A DNA stretch of 64,000 bases from Bdellovibrionota bacterium (GTDB taxonomy: Bacteria > Bdellovibrionota_C > UBA2361 > JBGSMV01): contig JBGSMV010000008.1 in assembly GCA_041739995.1 (NCBI GenBank), positions 1-64,000 on the forward strand, in the 5' to 3' direction. Position numbers and translations under genes: made by a program. The notes beneath the pieces were generated by a model. The model made no database searches and had not been told where the DNA came from. It saw nothing but the letters and a program-made list of their open reading frames with translations. The stretch's first letter is position 1, and every line of letters starts with the position of its first letter. Below are positions 50,042 to 57,958 of this stretch, piece after piece.

Positions 50042-50839
50042 TCAACTAGATTTCCCAGTAGGTCCTTGGACCGTGCTGGAGTTCCTAGTTCTAATCTCTG
50101 CCACCGCCGCATCGAATTCCGGAGTCCAGTTCACATCAATTGTGCCGTGGTGTTCTCTGACTGCCCCAAGCTCTAGCGCTCTGGCCGCTATCATATAGCG
50201 ATCCTCCTCACTAAACGTTTGCAGCCAGTCATTACCGAACTTTTCAAAGAACGTGGCATAGCCCCAAATATCTTGCGGCTGGAGGTCGTTCTCCGTGCGT
50301 GAAATGGCAAACGCATTATTGACCCATCGCCCGTCGGCAGTAACTCCTCTGAAGTCTGCGGGAACTGAGTAGTCTATAAGTTCTTCTTTCTGTCGCCCGC
50401 GAGTCAACTGCATGGCACCTTGGAGCTCCTCTGGAATTTGAACGCCAGAGTCAATCACCTTTTGCAACCGATTGCCTTCCGTCTTCCAGCGGTCGGTGGT
50501 GAACAACCCTGCAATGGCATTCAGTACCGGCTCTTTGGCGATGAACTTTCTCAACGTATTGGTCACTCCAGGCAAGTACTTGTCCAGCATTCCCACCACT
50601 GTTGAGCTGAGCCCATAGGTGTAGAGGTCGGCCACAAACAGACCGGCCTGCTCGACAGCGGCTTGTATTTTCTGCTTCTCCGAAGCGTTACTGCCAAAAA
50701 TTGCGGCGATATTCATCGCTGTGCTTGCGGCACCGGCCGCTGTTCCTGCCCCTGATAACGGTCCACTCTGAACGTTCTGAAAGGTCTGATAAGCGCCGTA
50801 GGCGTCAGATAGTGCTTGGGTTGGATTAATAGACGGCAT
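50042..50839 (-). CDS. Hypothetical protein under a putative sigma28 promoter
   Basis: GGAGG RBS; Ala/Gly-rich amphipathic N-half; C-domain WVNNAFA.SR.E.DL.P.DIWGY..FFEKFGNDW. Confidence 0.75.
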   Translation of the reverse strand: MPSINPTQALSDAYGAYQTFQNVQSGPLSGAGTAAGAASTAMNIAAIFGSNASEKQKIQAAVEQAGLFVADLYTYGLSSTVVGMLDKYLPGVTNTLRKFIAKEPVLNAIAGLFTTDRWKTEGNRLQKVIDSGVQIPEELQGAMQLTRGRQKEELIDYSVPADFRGVTADGRWVNNAFAISRTENDLQPQDIWGYATFFEKFGNDWLQTFSEEDRYMIAARALELGAVREHHGTIDVNWTPEFDAAVAEIRTRNSSTVQGPTGKSS

Positions 50840-50923
50840 GTTTCCTCCGTAAATGAACTTTCACGAAGCAAGGGCCGGCCTTAGAGCTGCGACCATTCTC
50901 GCTATCCGTGAGACTCGCGCCAC

Positions 50924-50950
50924 TTATCGGCAGAACGGGAGGAAAGTTTC
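50924..50950 (-). promoter_or_regulatory. Putative sigma28 (FliA) promoter
   Basis: Minus strand GAAACTTT-N11-GCCGATAA versus consensus TAAAGTTT-N11-GCCGATAA; about 85 nt upstream of ATG 50839. Confidence 0.7.
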
Positions 50951-51070
50951 GTCCCTTAGCTATCACGAAGCGGTGAACGATAGGCATGTCTGGCAGTCCC
51001 AAAGGGGCGCAATGAACTCAATAGGGGTGTCCTTAATAGAATAGTGCGGTAGGTACCCCAACCCGATGGT

Positions 51071-52111
51071 CTAGCTTACCGCACTTTCAAGCAAGCTGAA
51101 GCGACGGTTGTCACAGTCCAACTCGGCACAAACGCCAATCGGCAGCGTCATTATGGGGTCGGTATGTCCGAAATCCATTTGGGTGACAATGGGCAGATCG
51201 CTGCGTCCCAGTTCATCGCGGATTATCCTCAAGACCGCATCATCATATTCTTTATGCTTGTCCACTGGGATGCGACCGCCAGGCCTCCCGAATAGTACCC
51301 CTGACACAGAATCAAAAAGCCCGAGAGCGCCGAGAGTTCGTAATTCACGAGCAACCATGCCGGCAGACATGCCCTCCTCAGAAGTCTCAAGAAACAGAAT
51401 TTTGTCACGCCATTCTTTTATTGTTGGCCATAACTCAGTTCCACGCAGCCAGGATACTACTTCAAGGCATCCGCCCAAAAGCGCGCCACTAACCACACCT
51501 TCTCCTTGAAGCCAATTCCAACCGGCGGAAGGATTGAGCGTCCTGCGCTGCGTCTGATGAGCAGGAACCACCCAATCAAGAAACTCTTCAGTCCATCCGT
51601 CTCCGTTGGGACGAATCTCTTCTGGGATTTCCGTCGAGAATATAGTTCGCCGCACGCCGTCCACTAAATAGCGATGCAATCCTCCGTTCTCTCCAAATCC
51701 AGACAGGATCGAAGGGCCGTAGAAAGAAATCACTCCAGCCTTAAAGTACATGAAGTGGCTCACAGTCGTATCAGAGTATCCAAGAAATACTTTTGGGTGC
51801 TTCGCGATGAGGGTGCGGTCCAGGTAAGGCAGCAGCCGAATCGAGTCGTCGCCTCCGATAGTCACCACAATCCCATCGATCGAAGGGTCAGTGAGGGCGC
51901 GCGTAAAATCGTCCGCCCTGGCCTGCGGATGCTTTTGAAGAAAATCGGGAGCGGCAAGCGTGTGCTCGAGCTCAACGACCTTAATCTGAAAAGCATCTTC
52001 AAGCTGGCGCTTTCCCGCTTCATAGCGGTGTGGGAACAGTCCTGGACCCCCGAAAGAAGAGGTGAGAGCCGCAATCTTGTCTCCAGGTTTAAGTGCTTTT
52101 GGTTTAATCAT
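51071..52111 (-). CDS. S66 family peptidase (LD-carboxypeptidase/MccF-like)
   Basis: IGGDDSIR, FLGYSDTT, GGCLEV, ILFLETSE, DFGHTDP (Ser-Glu-His triad). Confidence 0.92.
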   Translation of the reverse strand: MIKPKALKPGDKIAALTSSFGGPGLFPHRYEAGKRQLEDAFQIKVVELEHTLAAPDFLQKHPQARADDFTRALTDPSIDGIVVTIGGDDSIRLLPYLDRTLIAKHPKVFLGYSDTTVSHFMYFKAGVISFYGPSILSGFGENGGLHRYLVDGVRRTIFSTEIPEEIRPNGDGWTEEFLDWVVPAHQTQRRTLNPSAGWNWLQGEGVVSGALLGGCLEVVSWLRGTELWPTIKEWRDKILFLETSEEGMSAGMVARELRTLGALGLFDSVSGVLFGRPGGRIPVDKHKEYDDAVLRIIRDELGRSDLPIVTQMDFGHTDPIMTLPIGVCAELDCDNRRFSLLESAVS

Positions 52112-52287
52112 ACTCCCGACTCCCAAAGGGCAGAGTACCATTGAACCGAGCAGAAACCGCTAAAAATTCCAGCGATTGCGCTAGGCAATGCCCTTTCAAA
52201 ACTCAACTCAGATTGGACTCAATCCTGCACCGGAACCTAAGCACGGAAGCTAGAGTAGCAAATGCGCCTTCGCTATAGTCTCGCCCT

Positions 52288-53559
52288 ATGAGATTTAACC
52301 CAAATCCTGATCGGAACTCGCCAGAAGGGGACAACCCTTTCAGACTCCCAGGCGACGACCGCGATTCGATGGTCACGCAACGCTGGGCTGAACTCGAAAC
52401 AATTATTCGTGGTCAGATTCATAGAACCGGGCGCGTCAAGTTCTCGGAAAGCCTGACTGTATATGACATTCAACTCGCCGCTTTGAACGGCATGAGCACA
52501 GAAACCAACTATGTTCTACCACCGCTCCCGCTCCCGATAGCTCTTCTAGCTCCCTCCATTCGAGAGCAGATAGCGGAACGTGGCGTGCCGGCCGACGCAA
52601 GCGTGGTTATCCTAGGCCAGAATCCTGTCCTCTTTGCTCACTGTCTGCAGAGCGCAATCGTGTATGGTGTCGTGAGTGCGGCTGATGCTGCTCAAATGGC
52701 AAAGTGCGGAATTGTTTCAGTCGCGCCAAAGGCCCTTATTCAGCATTTAGAGCTGCTCCAATCTACCGCTCGAGAGCTACGTGACCATTTCGATTCCTAC
52801 CAAGAGCCTGTAGCTGAACTTATCGCGCTCGATGCCGTGCGTCGCTTACGTTCAAACGGGAACATCCTGGGAAGCTCTGCACCTATGCTAGAAATTCTAG
52901 GTGCTCACGCCGATGGAATTATGTTCCGAGGACACCGCTCAGATATCTCCATTGCTCAGCGTCTGGCACCGGGAGCAACCGTCTTCATCCCAGGCGCCGG
53001 GTTCAATTCCTTGCAAAATCTGAACGTCATGGCGAATTGTCCAAGCTACAACTTTGTCCTCAATGATCGTGACCCGCTTGTGGATCCGATCCTGCGCAGA
53101 ACGGTCGCAGTACTAGGGCTACCGAATGTGTCATTCATTTCAGGCGACATGGTCGACGCAGTCGCTAAGGTGCCTAGAATCGATGCGGTCTTGGCCGGCA
53201 ATCTTTACTCTTCTGGGCCTGATATTCTTGCCGAATTTTGCCAGAAATTACGGCATGTCCTACCTCCTGGCACCCCAATTCACGTTCACCAAACTGACGC
53301 CAAGGGCGAGGGAGTTCAAAGCACTGGCCGCACCTGGGCCACAGCCCTTCAGGGGGCAGGGCTTCTTATCGAGCAAGAACAACGTGCCCTTAGCCTGTCT
53401 CCGGCGATCGCGCCCGAGCTTCCGCAATGCCATCTCATTACCCTCTCAGGCGACGAGGTTTATCGTGTGCTGAAAGACGCCCAGCTCTCGGTTGGACAGC
53501 CCCGTACTTATGCGACCTATTTGCAAGCGCGGACTCCATGGTCGAACGCTGCCAATTGA
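52288..53559 (+). CDS. Hypothetical protein with possible class I SAM-methyltransferase-like C-terminal domain
   Basis: VFIPGAG, VLNDRDP, NVSFISGDM, IDAVLA, LPPG.I; Pro/Asn/Asp-rich leader. Confidence 0.6.
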   Translation: MRFNPNPDRNSPEGDNPFRLPGDDRDSMVTQRWAELETIIRGQIHRTGRVKFSESLTVYDIQLAALNGMSTETNYVLPPLPLPIALLAPSIREQIAERGVPADASVVILGQNPVLFAHCLQSAIVYGVVSAADAAQMAKCGIVSVAPKALIQHLELLQSTARELRDHFDSYQEPVAELIALDAVRRLRSNGNILGSSAPMLEILGAHADGIMFRGHRSDISIAQRLAPGATVFIPGAGFNSLQNLNVMANCPSYNFVLNDRDPLVDPILRRTVAVLGLPNVSFISGDMVDAVAKVPRIDAVLAGNLYSSGPDILAEFCQKLRHVLPPGTPIHVHQTDAKGEGVQSTGRTWATALQGAGLLIEQEQRALSLSPAIAPELPQCHLITLSGDEVYRVLKDAQLSVGQPRTYATYLQARTPWSNAAN

Positions 53560-53665
53560 TCGCGACAGTCTTCAATGCACACACCACAATCGAGCACGAA
53601 AGCTTAAACGAAAATGTGGGACGAGTGGAGTCGCTGTCTTTAGCCGTCCGGTCAGGAGTGCGCGA

Positions 53666-54724
53666 TTACTTCTTCAGCGAGGAAAGATCTATGACAAAGC
53701 GGTACTTCACATCACTCTTAAGCATGCGCTCATAAGCTTCGTTAATCTGCTGCATTGGAATTAGTTCGATCTCTGAAACAATGCCGTGCTCGGCGCAGAA
53801 ATCGAGCATTTCTTGCGTCTCTTTAATTCCTCCGATAAGTGACCCCGCAATTGAGCGGCGCTTAAATATCAGACTCTGAATCGACGGGGAGGGGTGTGCA
53901 TGTTCTGGCACCCCCACTAAGCACATAGTGCCGTCGCGCTTTAGCAAAGAGGAATAGGCGTCAAGATTGTGGGAGGCTGCGGCAGTATTAAGAATAAAAT
54001 CGAAACTGCCGGCGTGGGCAGACATCTGCGCCTCATCACTTGAAATAACAACTTCGTTCGCTCCAAGCTTCAAGCCATCCTCGACCTTCTTCGGCGAGGT
54101 GGTGAAAAGCACCGTGTGGGCACCGAAGGCGTGAGAGAACTTGACACCCATGTGGCCGAGGCCACCGAGTCCAACGACTCCAACTTTTTGCCCTTTCTTC
54201 ACATCCCAATGTCGAAGGGGAGAGTAGGTGGTGATGCCGGCACAAAGCAGTGGCGCCACCGCAGCAAGTTCAAGCTTTGGGGACACACGCAGCGCGAAGT
54301 CTTGATCGACTACAATCTGGGTGGAATATCCACCATAGGTTCGCTGTCCCGGAAGGTGCTTGTCAGGACTGTTGTAGGTAAATACCATTCCGCCAGTATC
54401 ACAGTACTGCTCTAAACCCTCGCTACAACTCGGACAGTCTCGGCAAGAGTCCACCAGGCAGCCGACCCCAGCCAGGTCTCCGACCTTAAACGATTTTACT
54501 TTAACTCCCACGGCGGTGACACGTCCGACAATCTCGTGCCCCGGAACTACCGGATATTCGGTGCCGGCCCACTCACTACGCGCGGTGTGTAAGTCTGAGT
54601 GACACACGCCGCAGTAAAGAATTTCAATTTGAACATCGGATGCTCCAACTGTTCGGCGATCAAACTGAAAAGGTTTTAGCGCTTCAGTAGCTCCAAAAGC
54701 TGCGAATGCTTGGGTATTTGACAT
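53666..54724 (-). CDS. Zn-dependent NAD(P) alcohol dehydrogenase (YahK/AdhC, cinnamyl-alcohol-DH-like)
   Basis: CGVCHSD, PGHEIVG, CxxCxxC..C, APLLCAGITTYSPL, GLGGLG, VKYRFVID. Confidence 0.95.
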   Translation of the reverse strand: MSNTQAFAAFGATEALKPFQFDRRTVGASDVQIEILYCGVCHSDLHTARSEWAGTEYPVVPGHEIVGRVTAVGVKVKSFKVGDLAGVGCLVDSCRDCPSCSEGLEQYCDTGGMVFTYNSPDKHLPGQRTYGGYSTQIVVDQDFALRVSPKLELAAVAPLLCAGITTYSPLRHWDVKKGQKVGVVGLGGLGHMGVKFSHAFGAHTVLFTTSPKKVEDGLKLGANEVVISSDEAQMSAHAGSFDFILNTAAASHNLDAYSSLLKRDGTMCLVGVPEHAHPSPSIQSLIFKRRSIAGSLIGGIKETQEMLDFCAEHGIVSEIELIPMQQINEAYERMLKSDVKYRFVIDLSSLKK

Positions 54725-55086
54725 GTGAATTTCCTAAAGATTACCAGAAGAAACACTGGGTCGAAGTGAAATGCCACGTTTTCGCAAAAAGCGCCAGATT
54801 TCGTGCAAGTCGGGTAAGAAGCGGCACACGACAACCTCGAAGGATTCCTCGATGACTTTGGTGTTACTTCACAGAATTTGGTCAAGTTGGCATCGCGCCG
54901 ATAATTCGGAGCGTGCCGAGAAGAGGGCCCAGCCTTACTTTAATCACATGGTAGCTTTATACCGGCGAAGCTCCTTCATGCAGCAGGAAGACGAATTCAT
55001 CTACAGCAAAGAATTCCCCTTGGGGACTTGAGGCACCCAATATGCTCAAGAAAGGGACTAAGGAGCCTATGTCTCAGCAACTTCAA

Positions 55087-55130
55087 CAGGTTAGTCGCAG
55101 CGAAGCCTCAGGTTAGTCGCAGCGAAGCCT
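55087..55130. repeat. 22-bp perfect tandem duplication
   Basis: (CAGGTTAGTCGCAGCGAAGCCT)x2. Confidence 0.8.
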
Positions 55131-55325
55131 CGCAGACGTAGAATCCGACTGCTCACGAGAGGAGCGCCCCCCACAACTTCATTCTCAAGAATTCGGATAA
55201 AATGGCCGACTTTAGCTTTGGCGAAGCGCAGCTCCTGGACTGGACTAATTAATCGGATGTCCTCAGTGCACTTTAACCCATTTTCCCCAACTTCCCTTTG
55301 AAGTCGGAGAGGGACATTACCTACC

Positions 55326-55592
55326 ATGAAGCACTGCTACCTGGTTCTTCTATTCATCTGCTTTGTCCCTGCTCTTGCGGTGGCCGACTGCGAACCACTC
55401 CAAGGCGATGCTAATGGTGACTGTGCGGTGAATTTCAACGATCTCAATGTGGTTCTTGCAAACTGGGGTACCACAGGCCCCACAGGCGATATCAACGGCA
55501 ACGGCCAGGTAGATTTCAACGATCTAAACATTATCCTCGCTAATTGGGGCGAAGCCTGCGATCCAGATTGCCAGATACCTACCTGTCCTTGA
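55326..55592 (+). CDS. Small secreted stand-alone dockerin-like protein
   Basis: Signal peptide (AVA) plus two repeats GDANGDCAVNFNDLNVVLANWG / GDINGNGQVDFNDLNIILANWG; Cys-rich ends. Confidence 0.8.
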   Translation: MKHCYLVLLFICFVPALAVADCEPLQGDANGDCAVNFNDLNVVLANWGTTGPTGDINGNGQVDFNDLNIILANWGEACDPDCQIPTCP

Positions 55593-55631
55593 TTGAGACC
55601 GGAAACTCAGTAGAAATGGGTGGGCGTCTTC

Positions 55632-57611
55632 TCAACACCCCTCGAACCAAGTGCTCAGAAACGCGAAGATATCCGGCACAGCAAGTGTGCCGTTGCCGTC
55701 AAAATCCGCTGTCATACTTTGCGCAAACCACGCTGACAGAAATGCGAACATGTCGGCTACGTCCACAGTGCCGGACTGATTAAAGTCAGCCGCACACTGT
55801 TCGGGGTCGCTGTGCAGATGCACGATGAGAGCAGCCTCATCAAAGGCAGCACCAGTTCCAAAGTCAGCAACGAATGTTACGCTTCCGCTGTTGTTCAGCG
55901 CGTCTGTTGTTCCCATGCGCAGCGTGCGCACATGAACTGTTTCAGAAGGTAACTCAAACGAGCTGCCTTCAACCGCAACAATTCTAGCCGACTGAGTCGG
56001 TGAGGCAGTGATAAGCGCCTTTCTTGACGTTAGTAGGTTATCTTTGACGTTTACCACTGTAGCGGTAAGAACGAGCCTACCTTGTGCATTTACCTGCAGA
56101 TCCGAACCGACCTCTGAGATATTGGTCACGCGATGCTCCCCTAGGATATCTCCCTCCCGCACCATCAACCGTAATCCTTGCGCATCATTTGGAGTCCATA
56201 GAAAGACTGCGGCATCATTGCTGCTATTGACTCCAGTGCCCGCTAGTTTTGCGGCGAGAGCAACGTGACCAGAATGACTTATCCTCGCACCGAGGCCCAT
56301 ATTTGAATTTAAGATGGACACTCCGGTAGGAAGAGCGGGATTGGCGACACCAGCGCGGGCAATAAGCGTATGCACGCCATTGTGCGCGTACACCAGTGTG
56401 CCGTTGTTGGCGCTAGATGCACCGGAACCCACGATCATGGCACTAAAAAGAACGGCTCCATCGTCAGTAAGATTCACAAGGGAGGCGCCAGAGGCGAGAC
56501 CGAAGCCGCCGATAGTGGTGCCGGCGATAGGCGATGCGTCAGTTAAGCGCGCAACACGCGAGAGCTGACCGGCTTGATCGAGCCATACACCCCAATTGTT
56601 GCCAATACTAATGCCGGGGCCAACCATTGACGCGGTGAAGGCCAGGCTTCCTTCGCGATTCGTGGCCAAGCGGGCGCTTCCGCCCCAGACAAGCGAGAAT
56701 GCTACGCCCGGCGCTTCGGTTGAAGCTTGAAAGCCGGACCGTGCGACAGTGCGAAGTTGAGATCCCATCCCCGCAGTGATTGCTTTGTCCGTGTTGATAG
56801 TAACCCCATTGATCATCACGCTCCCAACCGCAGGTCCAGTGAGTGTGGTTTGATAGGCGTTGATTCCTCTTGGGCCCACCACTGGTACCATTGTGAAAAT
56901 ATTTGTGCCTGAAGCGGCACCGGGGAGCTGAGTGTTAGCGAGCATCGCGGGAAGAAATCCGGTGCTTGTTTGTTGCAGTACGCCTTGGATGCCTGTTCCG
57001 AGTCCCATCCCGTTCAAGCTGCCGTGCACCACTACCGGCCCGAGAGAATCCGGAGCAGCGATGTACGATCCTGTAAGCCAGCGCATTGTGGCTGCGGGAT
57101 AGCCAGCAACATTTATCGGGGAGCCATCTCTTGCCAACACCATAGATTCGTGAGCATCCCCTAACCAAATTCCGCGATCATTTACCCCTGATTGTACCCC
57201 GCTTCCAGATAGAGAAGCGACAAAAGTAACCTGCCCAAACTCGTTGATCTTCATCCCGTAGAGACCGCCGAAGTTCACGCCGACCGGCAGTCCGGTGGCC
57301 TGAGTGGATTGGCGCCAGACAGGATTGGATGATTGGGAGTTGCTGCAAAATACCGTGAGGCCGGTACCTGCCGGTACGCCAGAGCCTGTCAGTATGGAGT
57401 GAAAACACACGTCCCCGGAGTGGGCGATTATCGGGCGTAGCAGATCTCCATTGTGTGCGACTAGGCGATCAAACAGGGCGGAGGGCCCGTACGAAGATTC
57501 CATGCCCGTGCGTGCGACGATGGATACCTGGTCCGCCATTGCTTGAGTCCCCAGCGCCGAAGACATGGCAAGTAGGCACGCAGTGCGTATGAAAGTTTTG
57601 ACTAGTTCCAT
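55632..57611 (-). CDS. Secreted NxxGxxAF-repeat protein with C-terminal GC-type dockerin
   Basis: Signal peptide; repeats INEFGQVTF, NREGSLAF, NNSGSVTF; C-terminal ADFNQSGTVDVADMFAFLSAWF..ADFDGNG.L..DIFAFLSTWFEGC. Confidence 0.85.
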   Translation of the reverse strand: MELVKTFIRTACLLAMSSALGTQAMADQVSIVARTGMESSYGPSALFDRLVAHNGDLLRPIIAHSGDVCFHSILTGSGVPAGTGLTVFCSNSQSSNPVWRQSTQATGLPVGVNFGGLYGMKINEFGQVTFVASLSGSGVQSGVNDRGIWLGDAHESMVLARDGSPINVAGYPAATMRWLTGSYIAAPDSLGPVVVHGSLNGMGLGTGIQGVLQQTSTGFLPAMLANTQLPGAASGTNIFTMVPVVGPRGINAYQTTLTGPAVGSVMINGVTINTDKAITAGMGSQLRTVARSGFQASTEAPGVAFSLVWGGSARLATNREGSLAFTASMVGPGISIGNNWGVWLDQAGQLSRVARLTDASPIAGTTIGGFGLASGASLVNLTDDGAVLFSAMIVGSGASSANNGTLVYAHNGVHTLIARAGVANPALPTGVSILNSNMGLGARISHSGHVALAAKLAGTGVNSSNDAAVFLWTPNDAQGLRLMVREGDILGEHRVTNISEVGSDLQVNAQGRLVLTATVVNVKDNLLTSRKALITASPTQSARIVAVEGSSFELPSETVHVRTLRMGTTDALNNSGSVTFVADFGTGAAFDEAALIVHLHSDPEQCAADFNQSGTVDVADMFAFLSAWFAQSMTADFDGNGTLAVPDIFAFLSTWFEGC

Positions 57612-57679
57612 GACAATGACCCCCTAACCCCTTGGTATCTATGTTGCTTGCTGAGCGGGCTGCTCGTAGTGAGGGGAAA

Positions 57680-57696
57680 TGCAATCCGCGTACCAA
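57680..57696 (-). promoter_or_regulatory. Putative sigma54 (-24/-12) promoter
   Basis: Minus strand TTGGTAC-GCGGA-TTGCA; perfect palindrome TTGCGGC-AAT-GCCGCAA at 57734-57750 upstream. Confidence 0.65.
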
Positions 57697-57958
57697 GTGC
57701 CATATATGAGCAAACGTAGGTATGTCACCAATTTTGCGGCAATGCCGCAACATACCAGAACAAGGGAGGTTCTGGAGTTACGCCGAAGTCATCCTAGTTT
57801 CACCATAGCTTCTTTTACCTATGCCGTCTGGCTGAATCTCGTAGGTCGCTGGACTTGATATCTCCAGGGCAGCACACGCCAGCTCCTCTCAAAACATCGA
57901 GGACCCACCTATTTCAGTTTAGGCTCCAAAGACGAAAAGTCGTGGTGAATGGTTTACG

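Noticed and set aside
51071..52111. Microcin C immunity locus (mccF)
   Set aside because: The S66 peptidase stands alone with no mccA/mccB genes.
54771..55327. Short ORFs and an AAGGAG+ATG at 55068 in the adh-dockerin gap
   Set aside because: No recognisable motifs; the RBS-led frame stops within about 16 codons with or without the 22-bp duplication.
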